The position numbers and the translations under genes were made by a program. DNA of 64,000 bases from an uncultured Gemmatimonadota bacterium (lineage in GTDB: Bacteria; Gemmatimonadota; Gemmatimonadetes; Palauibacterales; Palauibacteraceae): positions 8,826-72,825 of the forward strand of contig CAZFDK010000005.1 in assembly GCA_964518305.1 (NCBI GenBank), given 5' to 3'. The first letter of the stretch is position 1. The number at the start of each line of letters is the position of its first letter. Below are positions 31,363 through 40,627 of this stretch, in pieces. The notes under the pieces were generated by a model that was given only the letters and a program-made list of their open reading frames with translations, was not told where the DNA came from and searched no databases.

Positions 31363-31409
31363 GGTTTCCGGCGGTCCCGTGAGCCGGTCGGGCCGCCTCA
31401 GGGGCCGCC

Positions 31410-32102
31410 TCAGCGCCCGCTGCCCTGGCCCGTGCTCCTGCCGGGATCCGGGGCCGAGCCCGGCAGCGGGTCCCGGCCCCTCCGGCGCAGGAGGCGGCGC
31501 ACGCGAACGTGCTCTTCACGCTCGCGCTCATCCAGGACCCTCTCGATCTCCTCGATCTCGTTCTCCAGGTCCGGGATGACCCGCTGCTCGAGGGTGTTGA
31601 GCTGTCGGGTCGTACGCCGGAGGGCGCGAGCGAGGCTCCGGAGCAGCATCTCCCGTGACGCTGCGTCCAGGAGCAGTCCCGTGAGCGATTCGAACTCGGC
31701 GGCGGCCCGGACGGCGGCAGGGCCGGCCGAGGTGGCCGGCGTGCCTCGCGCCTCCAGGGTACGCCCGGGCTCGTCCCGCTCGGCGATCTCGGCCGCCGAG
31801 ACGCCCCACACTTCCACCGGTCGGAGGCGAACCCGGAGGTCGCGCGTGGGCCAACCCAGCGCCGCCAGGTCGTGATCGGGACGGGCAGAGTGCGCGTCCA
31901 GGAGGGCCGGATACGCGCGGGTGGCCTGCTCGGAGACCCGGGCCCGGGCATCGGCCGCGGGCCGGGCGATGCGGAACAGCTCGCTCACCAGAGCTCGCCG
32001 CTTTCGCTTCAGCAGGTCGCGGCCCCGGCGGACGCGCTCCAGGCGCCGGCGGGCCCGCACCAGGTTGAACCGGGTCGGAGGACGTCGGCTGACGCCGTTC
32101 AC
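31410..32102 (-). CDS. ntpD: V-type ATP synthase subunit D
   Basis: 'RPPTRFNLVRARRRLERVRRGRDLLKRKRRALVSEL' = V/A-ATPase D N-terminal signature. Last gene of the operon. Confidence 0.85.
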   Translation of the reverse strand: MNGVSRRPPTRFNLVRARRRLERVRRGRDLLKRKRRALVSELFRIARPAADARARVSEQATRAYPALLDAHSARPDHDLAALGWPTRDLRVRLRPVEVWGVSAAEIAERDEPGRTLEARGTPATSAGPAAVRAAAEFESLTGLLLDAASREMLLRSLARALRRTTRQLNTLEQRVIPDLENEIEEIERVLDEREREEHVRVRRLLRRRGRDPLPGSAPDPGRSTGQGSGR

Positions 32103-33511
32103 GGCTCGTTCTCCTCGCCCCGGGTCGAGTCGCCCGCACCGGCGCCTCCGCCGTGCCGGCTCCAGACCTCGTCGTCGACGCGCCCCAGGTCGGCGCGGGG
32201 AAGTTCGCGGAGGAGCTCCCAGCCGAGCTCCACGCTCTCCGCCACGGTCCGCCGCTCGTCGCCCTGGTGGACGAACTCCTCCTCGAACCGGTCGGCGAAC
32301 TCCAGAGCCCGCCGGTCCTCGTCCGGGAGCCCGCCCTCGCCGACGATGGCGGCCGTCTCCCGGGCGTCGCGTCCCCGGGAGTAGACGGCGTAGAGCTGGT
32401 CGGCCCAGGCCCGGTGGTCGGCGACCGTCTTGTGCTCGCCCACACCGGCGTTCATGAGGCGCGACAGGGAGGGGAGGACGTCCACGGGGGGGAAGAGCCC
32501 GCGGCGGTGCAGCTCGCGCCCGAGGACGATCTGTCCCTCCGTGATGTAGCCGGTCAGATCCGGCACGGGATGGGTGATATCGTCGTTTGGCATGGTGAGG
32601 ACCGGCATCTGGGTCAGGGAGCCGTCGCGTCCTTCGACCACTCCGGCCCGCTCGAAGAGGGTGGCGAGGTCCGTGTACATGTGCCCGGGGAAGCCCCGCC
32701 GGCCCGGCATCTCCTCCCGTGCGGCGCTGATCTCCCGCAGAGCCTCGCAGTAGTGAGTGATGTCGGCGCTCACCACGAGCACCTCCATCTCTTCGTCGAA
32801 GGCCAGGTGCTCGGCCAGGGACAGGGCGTGGCGGGGCGCAAGGAGTCGCTCGATGGTCGGGTCGGCGGCCCGGTTCAGGAAGAGGGTCGTCCGGGCCATC
32901 GCGTCGCTCCCCCGAAAGCGATCCAGGAACCGGCGGGTCTCGCGCTCCGTGATTCCCAGCGCCACGAAGATCACGGCGAACGGCCGCTCGCCGGGGATCC
33001 GCGCCCCCTCGACGACCCGTGCCGCCAGCTCCAGCCCCGGGAGGCCCGGCCCGGAGAACACCGGGAGCTTCTGACCGCGGACGAGGGTGTTCATGCCGTC
33101 GATGACCGAGATGCCGGTCTCGATGAAGTCCGACGGCCGGTCCCGGCGCACCGGGTTGAGGGGATGCCCGGAGAGCGGACGGCGATCGGCGCCCGCGGGC
33201 TCAGGGAGGTCGTCCAGGGGGCGCCCGTTGCCCGAGAAGACGCGACCCAGCATCTCGCGGCCCACGGCAGCCGTGGCCAGCCGGCCGGTGAGCGTCACGT
33301 CCACATCGCCGGGGGCCAGGCCCAGGGTCTCCTCCAGGACCTGGACGACCGTCACCTCCCGTCCGGCCTCGATGACCTGCCCCCGGAGCGACCGCCCCTC
33401 GTCGGTCTCGATCTCCGCCCACTCGTCCATGACGGCCCGGCGCGTGCCCTCGAGGAAGAGCAGGGGACCGCGCGCGGCCGCGACGCCGTGGTGAATCCTC
33501 GGAATCGTCAC
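32099..33511 (-). CDS. ntpB: V-type ATP synthase subunit B
   Basis: 470 aa. ATP-synthase alpha/beta-family nucleotide-binding fold without a catalytic P-loop ('…PVFSGPGLPG…'), typical of the B subunit. Overlaps neighbours by 4 nt. Confidence 0.9.
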   Translation of the reverse strand: MTIPRIHHGVAAARGPLLFLEGTRRAVMDEWAEIETDEGRSLRGQVIEAGREVTVVQVLEETLGLAPGDVDVTLTGRLATAAVGREMLGRVFSGNGRPLDDLPEPAGADRRPLSGHPLNPVRRDRPSDFIETGISVIDGMNTLVRGQKLPVFSGPGLPGLELAARVVEGARIPGERPFAVIFVALGITERETRRFLDRFRGSDAMARTTLFLNRAADPTIERLLAPRHALSLAEHLAFDEEMEVLVVSADITHYCEALREISAAREEMPGRRGFPGHMYTDLATLFERAGVVEGRDGSLTQMPVLTMPNDDITHPVPDLTGYITEGQIVLGRELHRRGLFPPVDVLPSLSRLMNAGVGEHKTVADHRAWADQLYAVYSRGRDARETAAIVGEGGLPDEDRRALEFADRFEEEFVHQGDERRTVAESVELGWELLRELPRADLGRVDDEVWSRHGGGAGAGDSTRGEENEP

Positions 33512-35352
33512 GGTCCGTTCCCCTCCGCTCTCTCCTCCGGGGCCGTGTCGCCTTCGGTGCCCTGGTCCTGGTCGCCGGCGGCCTCCCGGCGGGGGACTCT
33601 GCTCGCCAGCTCCTCCGCGCGGCGGGCGCGCTCGGCCAGCTCGTCCTCCGGCGCCTGCCGCACCCGGCGGACGGCCTCCCGCACCGGACCGATCTGCAGC
33701 CGGCCGTACTCCACGCCCTCTTCCAGGACAGCCGCGGCCGCCTCGCTGTAGTCCAGGATCAGCGAGGCGAGCAGGTGCGTCTTCTCCGGCGGTGAATAGG
33801 CGTCGACCGGGTCGAAGGCGTTCTGGGCCAGCACCAATTCCCGCAGCATGCGAGCGGCCTCCAGCAGGAGGCGGTCGTCGTCCTCGAGGGACTCGGGCCC
33901 CACCAGGTTGACGATCTCTCTCAGGTCGCGCTCACGGTCCAGGAGCTCCAGCGCGTCGCGCCGCACCTCGGGCCAGTCCCGGGCCACCTCCTCGGCGAAC
34001 CACTCGCCGGTCTGCTCCTCGTACAGGCTGTAGCTGGTCTCCCAGTCCACCGCGGGGTAGTGCCGCTGGTTGGCGAGCTCGCTGTCCAGCGCCCAGACGC
34101 CGCCCGCCACGCGCAGGGAGGCCTGCGTCACGGGCTCGGAGAAGTCGCCGCCGGGGGGAGAGACGGCGGTGACGAGTGTGAGGGCGCCGGTGCGCTCGGG
34201 GCTTCCCGGCACCCGCACGTGGCCCGACCGCTCGTAGATCTTGCCCAGGCGGTCGGCCAGGTAGGTGGGATATCCCTCCTCACCCGGCATCTCCTGGAGC
34301 CGCGAGCTGATTTCCCGGAGGGCCTCGGCCCACCGCGAGATCGAGTCGGCCAGCAGCGCGACCCGGAGCCCCATGTCCCGGTAGTATTCCGCGATCGTGA
34401 TTCCGAGGTACACGGACGCCTCTCGGGCGACGACGGGCATGTTGGAGGTGTTCACCACCAGGACCGTCCGCTCCATGAGCGGGCGTCCCGTGCTCGGATC
34501 CTCCAGCTCCGGAAACTCCGACAGGAGCTCGGCCATCTCGTTTCCCCGCTCGCCGCAGCCCACGTAGACGATGACGTCGGCGTCTCCGTGGCGTGCCAGG
34601 GTCTGCTCCACGACGGTCTTCCCGGTACCGAATCCGCCGGGCACCGAGACGCTCCCGCCCTCGGCCACCGGGAAGAGGAGGTCGAAGACGCGCTGGCCAG
34701 TGACGAACGGGCGGCCGGCGGGGAGGCGCTCCACGGCGGGGCGCGGGCGTCGCACCGGCCACGTCCGGAGCAGTGTGAGCTCGCGTCCGTCCTCCATGCG
34801 TCCGAGGGTCTCGTCCACGGCGTACTCGCCGCCCTCGATCTCGGCCAGCGTACCTCCTCGGCCCCGCGGCACCAGGACCCGGTGCGGAATCTCCGGGGTC
34901 TCCGCGACGTGGCCCAGCACGTCGCCCGGGGCCACTTCCTCTCCGGCCGATCGCTCCGGCGTGAACGACCAGCCCCGCCCGCGGTCGAGGGTCTCCGCCC
35001 GGATCCCGGGCTCGATGAACGGTCCCGTCTCGTCGGCGACCAGCTCCAGCGGACGCCCGACGCCGTCCAGCACGGAGCCGAGGAGCCCGGGACCGAGCTC
35101 CGCCGCGAGGGTGGAGCCGGTCCGCTCCACCGGCTCGCCCAGCTCCAGCCCGGAGCTGTCCTCGAACAGCTGGAGGACGGCGGTGTCGCCCCGGGTTCGG
35201 ATCACCTCGCCGGCGAGGCCCGACTCGCCCACCCGGATCAGCTCGTAGAGAGCCGCCGAGGGGAGCGGGGCGGCCTCGACCAGGGCCCCGGCCACCCGGG
35301 TCACCCGGGCCCGCGCCGGCCCGCCACCTCGTTCCCCGCCGTCTCCGCTCAT
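33508..35352 (-). CDS. ntpA: V-type ATP synthase catalytic subunit A
   Basis: Start at internal ATG 35352 (MSGDGG…). P-loop 'GGFGTGKTVV'. 'non-homologous region' insert typical of A subunits. Confidence 0.9.
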   Translation of the reverse strand: MSGDGGERGGGPARARVTRVAGALVEAAPLPSAALYELIRVGESGLAGEVIRTRGDTAVLQLFEDSSGLELGEPVERTGSTLAAELGPGLLGSVLDGVGRPLELVADETGPFIEPGIRAETLDRGRGWSFTPERSAGEEVAPGDVLGHVAETPEIPHRVLVPRGRGGTLAEIEGGEYAVDETLGRMEDGRELTLLRTWPVRRPRPAVERLPAGRPFVTGQRVFDLLFPVAEGGSVSVPGGFGTGKTVVEQTLARHGDADVIVYVGCGERGNEMAELLSEFPELEDPSTGRPLMERTVLVVNTSNMPVVAREASVYLGITIAEYYRDMGLRVALLADSISRWAEALREISSRLQEMPGEEGYPTYLADRLGKIYERSGHVRVPGSPERTGALTLVTAVSPPGGDFSEPVTQASLRVAGGVWALDSELANQRHYPAVDWETSYSLYEEQTGEWFAEEVARDWPEVRRDALELLDRERDLREIVNLVGPESLEDDDRLLLEAARMLRELVLAQNAFDPVDAYSPPEKTHLLASLILDYSEAAAAVLEEGVEYGRLQIGPVREAVRRVRQAPEDELAERARRAEELASRVPRREAAGDQDQGTEGDTAPEERAEGNGP

Positions 35353-35690
35353 CGCAGCTGTACCCGGTAGCCCACGGCGCGCCGCAGGAGCTCCACGACC
35401 CACTCCTCGGGCGCCCCGGGCTCCTCCCACGAGGGGTCGGGGAAGGGGACCACCACCGGCACGGCGGTGGCCTCCAGCGACCGGCGAAATTCCCCCGCGA
35501 GGCCGTCGAACAGGTCCCGCTGGACGAAGACCACAGCCACGTCGGGCTCGTCCACGAACCGGCGGATGATGTCTTCCGCACCGGCAGGGTCGGTGGCGGG
35601 GCGCACGGGGAGGCCCGCCAGGCGGAAGCCGCGGGCCGTCTGCGGCCGGGCCACGACCCACACCGCCCCCTCGTCGCTCACGGCGTTCAC
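35349..35690 (-). CDS. V-type ATP synthase subunit F
   Basis: ~113 aa from GTG 35690 (GTGA overlap with the subunit C stop). '…VWVVARPQTARGFRLAGLPV…VAVVFVQRDLFD…' matches the F-subunit fold. Confidence 0.7.
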   Translation of the reverse strand: MNAVSDEGAVWVVARPQTARGFRLAGLPVRPATDPAGAEDIIRRFVDEPDVAVVFVQRDLFDGLAGEFRRSLEATAVPVVVPFPDPSWEEPGAPEEWVVELLRRAVGYRVQLR

Positions 35691-36703
35691 GACAGTGACA
35701 CCGGGCGGAAGGCGGAAGCCGGCGCGCCCATGGCCGCCGACCACACGAGCTTCCTGAGCTCCCGGGCTTCGACGCGGGAGCGGAGGACCAGGTGCAGGAA
35801 GGGCCACGGTCCCAGGGGAGCCCGCCGGGCTCGATCGCGGGTCCGGCGGATGTCGGCGTCGAGGAGATGGTCTTTCAGACGCGCCGGGGCTACCGTCGGA
35901 TCGGAGAGCAGCCCGCCGAGTCGGCCACCCAGCGCCTCGGCCACGAGCCGACGCCTCTCGTCGTCGTCCTCGACCGTGTAGATGCTCGTAAAGCGCTTCT
36001 GAGGGAGCGCCCCGCCGCCCGGGAGGTGGAGCTCGTCGGGCCCCGGCTGTCCTTCGGCCGCACCGGCCAGCAGGAGCGTCCACGCGTTGGCCCGGTCGAC
36101 GATCCGAGCCGCGAACTCCCGGAGCTCCCGGTCTCCCGACGCTGCGGCGGCGGACCTGCGCGCGAAGGCGCGGTCCAGACTCAGCTCCGCACGGTACAGG
36201 TCGGCCGGAGACGGGGTCGGGCTCACGGCGTCGGTCAGGGCACCGGCGAGGGGATGCCCCTCCTCCCGCAGGAGCTCCGAGAGACGTTCGATGCTGCGCG
36301 CCTCCGCCATCCGCTCCAGGGCGGGCCGCGGCAGGGTCGGGGTGGGGACGAGCCCCCGGAGGCGCCGTCCCGGACTCGCTCCCTCCCGGACGCCCCGGAG
36401 GAGGGCTCGCAGACTTCGCCGATCCTCCGCCTCGAAGACCACCGGAAGCCGCTCGCGGAGGTCACCCGCCCACCGGTGGAGGACGGCCAGGCGCCAGCCG
36501 TGTACGCGGCCGACCGCCCGGTCCATTCCCGGGGGGGTGGTGGGCAGATCCTCCCCGTCCGGAGGATAGCCTGCGCGTGACAGGCGGGCGGCGAGGTCAC
36601 CGGGAGACCCGGCCCCCGCCGCGTCCCGAAGCACGGAGCGCGACAGCAGGCTCGAGCCCAGCCCCCGCGAGCGGGCGTTCAGCGGTCCCCAGTCTCCGCC
36701 CAT
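35687..36703 (-). CDS. ntpC: V-type ATP synthase subunit C (d)
   Basis: 338 aa; positional and compositional match to the C/d subunit between E and F. Start overlaps the 3' end of subunit E by ~25 nt, so the true start may be downstream. Confidence 0.7.
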   Translation of the reverse strand: MGGDWGPLNARSRGLGSSLLSRSVLRDAAGAGSPGDLAARLSRAGYPPDGEDLPTTPPGMDRAVGRVHGWRLAVLHRWAGDLRERLPVVFEAEDRRSLRALLRGVREGASPGRRLRGLVPTPTLPRPALERMAEARSIERLSELLREEGHPLAGALTDAVSPTPSPADLYRAELSLDRAFARRSAAAASGDRELREFAARIVDRANAWTLLLAGAAEGQPGPDELHLPGGGALPQKRFTSIYTVEDDDERRRLVAEALGGRLGGLLSDPTVAPARLKDHLLDADIRRTRDRARRAPLGPWPFLHLVLRSRVEARELRKLVWSAAMGAPASAFRPVSLS

Positions 36704-37311
36704 CGCTCCGTCAGCTCCTCCAGGACCGCGGGGGTCAGCTCGGACCAGTCCCGCTTCAGGCGGCGGGCGAGGGTGGCGTCGACAGTGAGCCCGCCGCCGG
36801 GTGTGGTGGCCCGGAAGCCCACCCCGACGTCGTCGCCGGCCTCGACGCGGACGTCACCGTTCATCTCGGGGTCGCTCTCGGCGTCCATCTCGGCCAGGGC
36901 CTCACGGATCGGTTCCTCCAGCGCCGGGTGGCAGCGGAAGACCACCTCCCGGCTCTCCGGCAGGCAGGACCGCGCCTCCCGGATTCGGGAGGGGAGCTGA
37001 TGTCGATAGGGCTCGGAGTCGGCGGCCGCGTCGAGGAGCTCCGTGGCCGCCGAGCGCACCCGGCCGAGCAGCTCGTCGCGGGCCTCCATCACCTGCTCTC
37101 GCACGTCGATCTCCTCCCGCTCCCGTTCGGCGCGGAGGTCGCTCCGGAGCTCCTCCTCGGCCTCCTGCAGCGCGTGCCGTCGCTGCTCCTCGGCCTCCCG
37201 GCGCGCCTCCTCGACGATGCGCTCGGCCTCCTCTTCGGCCTCCCGCCGGATCTCTTTCTCTTCCTCCCGGGAGCGCTCCCGCATCTCCCGGAGCAGGCCG
37301 TCGATCCCCAT
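36679..37311 (-). CDS. ntpE: V-type ATP synthase subunit E
   Basis: 210 aa. Highly charged coiled-coil N-terminus (REEEKEIRREAEEEAERIVEEARREAEEQRR) and globular C-terminus. Confidence 0.75.
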   Translation of the reverse strand: MGIDGLLREMRERSREEEKEIRREAEEEAERIVEEARREAEEQRRHALQEAEEELRSDLRAEREREEIDVREQVMEARDELLGRVRSAATELLDAAADSEPYRHQLPSRIREARSCLPESREVVFRCHPALEEPIREALAEMDAESDPEMNGDVRVEAGDDVGVGFRATTPGGGLTVDATLARRLKRDWSELTPAVLEELTERWAETGDR

Positions 37312-37318
37312 CCCGGCC

Positions 37319-37546
37319 TCAGCCTCCTCCGCCCTGGAGCATGATCACCAGGGCGACCACGAATCCCAGAACGACCATGGTCTCCGGAATGGCGATCATG
37401 AGGATCGCTGTAGTGCTCAGCTCGGGCTTCTCCGCGAGCGTGGCAGCCACCGAGGAGCCGATCTTGGATTGTGCCCACGCCGTGGCCAGAGCGGGAATCC
37501 CCACTGCCAGCGCGGCGCTCAGCGTCAGCCAGAAGACGTCGTCCAT
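37319..37546 (-). CDS. ntpK: V-type ATP synthase proteolipid subunit K (c)
   Basis: 75 aa, two TM helices, conserved carboxylate in helix 2 (…IAIPETMVVLGF…). Confidence 0.85.
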   Translation of the reverse strand: MDDVFWLTLSAALAVGIPALATAWAQSKIGSSVAATLAEKPELSTTAILMIAIPETMVVLGFVVALVIMLQGGGG

Positions 37547-37570
37547 GGCATGCGTCCTTTCAGGGGTTCA

Positions 37571-39460
37571 TCAGGTGTCCAGGGAAGCGCCGGCCCGGTC
37601 CTCGGGCCGCACGTGCCGGAAGGGGCGATATTGCTCGCCGCCGGGGCTGTAGAACTTGTCGAAGAACTCGACGTAGTGGAGCCGGAGGCCGTGGATCGTG
37701 GGGCCGAAGATACCCAGGGCGAAGTTCACGAGGTGAAAGAGCAGGCCGAAGAGGGCCCCCACCAGGGCGCTTCCCACCGTGCCCACAAGCTGGTTCGCCA
37801 CCACGGCCATGACGACCGAGGCCGTTCCCAGGGCCATGATTCGGGCGTAGGAGAGGATGTTGCCCAGGGCGGAGATGAGCTCCACCGGCGCCAGCACCCC
37901 CTCCACGATGATCAGCACGGGAAAAGCCACCAGCAGCGCCACGACGGCGGGGGTGAAGAAGGCGCCCGGCAGGACCCGGACGGCGGCCAGCAGCGCGACC
38001 ACCACCAGCACGACCATCAGGGCGTACAGCCCCCGTCCCGCGGCCTCACGCGGCTCGTTCCGCACGGAAGAGACGGCGCCGAGGACGAAGCCGATGATCA
38101 CGTGCACGGTGCCCAGGGCCACCGCCAGGCCCAGGAAGGGAATCAGCGCCTCCTCGCGGTTGAAGATCAGGGGCTCCAGATCGAAGAGACGGTGTCCCAG
38201 GTCCCCGAGGAATTCGCCGTACACGAGTCCGAAGACCACCGTGAAGGCGGCGCACGCCCCGGCGACCTCGGAGACCGATCGGCGGGTGGAGTCGGGGTCC
38301 GAGCGGTGGTGCAGTCCGGCCGCCAGCGCGCCGAGGGCCAGCCCGTACGCGACATCTCCGAGGATGATCCCGAAGAACATGGGGAAGAAGACGGCCACAT
38401 AGGGCGTAGGATCGATGCTGCCGTAGCTCGGGAGCGGGAGCATCCGGGTGAGGGCCTCGAAGGGACGGAAGAGGCGCGGGTTGGAGAGCGCCACCGGGGC
38501 CTCCTCGCCCCGCCACTGCTCCGTAGACACTTTTTCCACTGCCGCGGCGGCACCGAAGTCTTCCTCGATCCGCCGGCGCACGTCGTCCAGCTCCTCCTCC
38601 GGAACCCATCCCTCGAGCACGAAGGCCCGCTCCGTCTCGGCGGCCGTGCGCAACGCCTCGATCAGCGCCAGACGATCTCGAACGGCGAGCTGGACGCCAC
38701 GGAGATCGACACCGTGCTCCTCGGCCAGCTCCTGCCGCTCCTGCTCCAGTCGACGAATCTTGTCCCGGAGCTCTGTCCGCCGGTCCCGCATGGCGCCGGT
38801 GGCCTCCTCGAGGGTCGTTCCGGCGGGTAGACGTGTCGGGAGGCCCACCTCCTCGACGCCGGCTCCGGACAGCACCTCGTCGATGGTGTGGGCGGCCCGG
38901 CCCGAGGCACGGAGCAGGGCGGCCCGACCCTCGTCGCGCTCCTCGCCGACTGTGAGCTCGAAGCCCTCGCCGATCCTGTCGTCCAGCGCTTCCCGCAGCC
39001 GCTCCGTATTGCCCGACTCTCCGGTTCGGAGCACCAGAAACCAGCTGCGCACGTCGCCGTCGCCCAGCGACTCCGGGAGCACATCGCCGAAGCGGTGGAA
39101 GAGGTCGAGGAAGCGGTCGAGGTCGACGGCGCGTCGCTCCAAGTCGTGGGCCCGACCGACAAGGTCCTCGGCCCTGCGGCGGAGGCGGCGGGCCAGCTGC
39201 TCCCAGCGCCGGAGGTCGGCGGCGGAGATTGGTTCGGGAACCTCCTCCGACGTCTCCGGCTCCGGCAGGGCTTCCAGCGCCCCCTCGACGTCCTCGAGAG
39301 CCTCCCGCAGACGGATTTCCTCGTCCCGATGGAGGGACTCCGGGACCGGCTGCAGTTCCTCGGCTGACGGTCGGGTCAGGTGAACCGTGCCTGCGTCCTG
39401 GACGATGCCCACCATCTCGGGCAGCCGATTCCGGGGGCCCAGGATCCGAACCCGCGCCAT
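37571..39460 (-). CDS. ntpI: V-type ATP synthase subunit I (a)
   Basis: ~630 aa. Soluble coiled-coil N-half plus a 7-8-TM C-half with conserved Arg (…LRLHYVEFFDKFY…). Start chosen at MARVRILG (39460); the ORF track gives 39472. Confidence 0.85.
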   Translation of the reverse strand: MARVRILGPRNRLPEMVGIVQDAGTVHLTRPSAEELQPVPESLHRDEEIRLREALEDVEGALEALPEPETSEEVPEPISAADLRRWEQLARRLRRRAEDLVGRAHDLERRAVDLDRFLDLFHRFGDVLPESLGDGDVRSWFLVLRTGESGNTERLREALDDRIGEGFELTVGEERDEGRAALLRASGRAAHTIDEVLSGAGVEEVGLPTRLPAGTTLEEATGAMRDRRTELRDKIRRLEQERQELAEEHGVDLRGVQLAVRDRLALIEALRTAAETERAFVLEGWVPEEELDDVRRRIEEDFGAAAAVEKVSTEQWRGEEAPVALSNPRLFRPFEALTRMLPLPSYGSIDPTPYVAVFFPMFFGIILGDVAYGLALGALAAGLHHRSDPDSTRRSVSEVAGACAAFTVVFGLVYGEFLGDLGHRLFDLEPLIFNREEALIPFLGLAVALGTVHVIIGFVLGAVSSVRNEPREAAGRGLYALMVVLVVVALLAAVRVLPGAFFTPAVVALLVAFPVLIIVEGVLAPVELISALGNILSYARIMALGTASVVMAVVANQLVGTVGSALVGALFGLLFHLVNFALGIFGPTIHGLRLHYVEFFDKFYSPGGEQYRPFRHVRPEDRAGASLDT

Positions 39461-39468
39461 GGTCAGGA

Positions 39469-39816
39469 TCACGGCGCCTCCTCCACCAGCTTCCGAACGA
39501 CGGCCCGGGCGAGCTGATCCACCGTCTCCTCGGTGGCCTGGCGATAGCGATGCGCGGTACGCTCCGCCCGTCGGCGTATCTCCTCGATGGCTTCGCGGTG
39601 CTCCGTCCGGACCCGCTCCCGGATATCGGTCAGCTCCTCCTCCAGCCGGGCGGCCTCGTCGCGGTGGAGGGCCCGCGCCTGCTCCCGCGCCGACTCGATT
39701 ACGTCCGCAGCGCGTCGGCGCGCCTCGGCGCGCGAGGCTTCCAGCTCGGACTCGGCCGCCAGCAGGCGGGCTAGGTCGCTGTCGACGGCCATATCCCGCT
39801 CGATGTCAGGACTCAT
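39469..39816 (-). CDS. V-type ATP synthase subunit G/H (peripheral stalk, coiled-coil)
   Basis: 115-aa Ala/Arg/Glu-rich coiled coil at the first position of the operon, matching the Thermus/Enterococcus order G-I-K-E-C-F-A-B-D. Confidence 0.6.
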   Translation of the reverse strand: MSPDIERDMAVDSDLARLLAAESELEASRAEARRRAADVIESAREQARALHRDEAARLEEELTDIRERVRTEHREAIEEIRRRAERTAHRYRQATEETVDQLARAVVRKLVEEAP

Positions 39817-40052
39817 GGAGGGCCGGGCAGGGGGACACGTCGAGGCCCGGCAGGGAATCCTGCACCGCGCGGAGGCCCGCCGGGCCAGAGGCTCGACCGC
39901 AAGCTACCGTCGGGACGGTGGGGAGACTGTCGGGAGATGGGCAGGAGCGCGGGGCGGGAGAAGCGGAGCCGCGATGTGGGGAAACCTCCCACCCTTGTAG
40001 CGGGCGCCCCCGAGCCGTCCTGCAGCTCGGGCCTCGTCCATGCCCCGGGACG

Positions 40053-40625
40053 TTACATCGAGGAGCCCGCCGTGTCGGACATGGCACCGTGAGGGGCCGT
40101 GCTGGTGCCGCTGTCCGCCGCCGAGCCGTGCAGCTCCGTGGCGTCGGAGGAGCCCATGCCGGCGCGCTGCATGGCGCTGTCGGCCGCCGCGGTGTTGCCC
40201 AGGGCTCGATGGGCCATGAAGACGCCGAACCAGGCGGCACGGACGTCCGGGTGCTCAGAGGTCAGGGACTCGAACTGCTCGAGGGCGGCGCGGTAGTTCC
40301 CGGCACGGTACGCCGCGTTGCCGCTGTCAAGGGCGGACTGAATCTCCGGCGGAAGGTTCGAGCGCGGTGACGCGCCGTTCCCTTCCCGCATGCCCATGCC
40401 ACTCGCTCCGGGCGGGGTCTGACGGCGCGAGTTCCGGACGCTGTCCACCGCCTCGTTGAGCCCGCGTCCACCGATGGAGAAGCGGCTCTCGCCGCTCCCA
40501 GCCCCGTTTCCGCCGCTTTCGCCGCCGCACCCGGCGACGACGGGCAGGAGGGCCACGAGCAGGGCCACCGTCATGGCCGCTACGCGCGGTCGCGCGCCGT
40601 CGAACGCCTCTCTGGCGCGCCCCAT
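40053..40625 (-). CDS. Lipoprotein with a TPR-like helical repeat
   Basis: Lipobox '…MTVALLVALLPVVAGCGG'. 'ALDSGNAAYRAGNYRAALEQFESLTSEHPDVRAAWFGVFMAHRALGNTAAADSAMQRA' is a TPR-like pair. Lies downstream of the cytochrome cluster on the same strand. Confidence 0.55.
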   Translation of the reverse strand: MGRAREAFDGARPRVAAMTVALLVALLPVVAGCGGESGGNGAGSGESRFSIGGRGLNEAVDSVRNSRRQTPPGASGMGMREGNGASPRSNLPPEIQSALDSGNAAYRAGNYRAALEQFESLTSEHPDVRAAWFGVFMAHRALGNTAAADSAMQRAGMGSSDATELHGSAADSGTSTAPHGAMSDTAGSSM

Positions 40626-40627
40626 CG

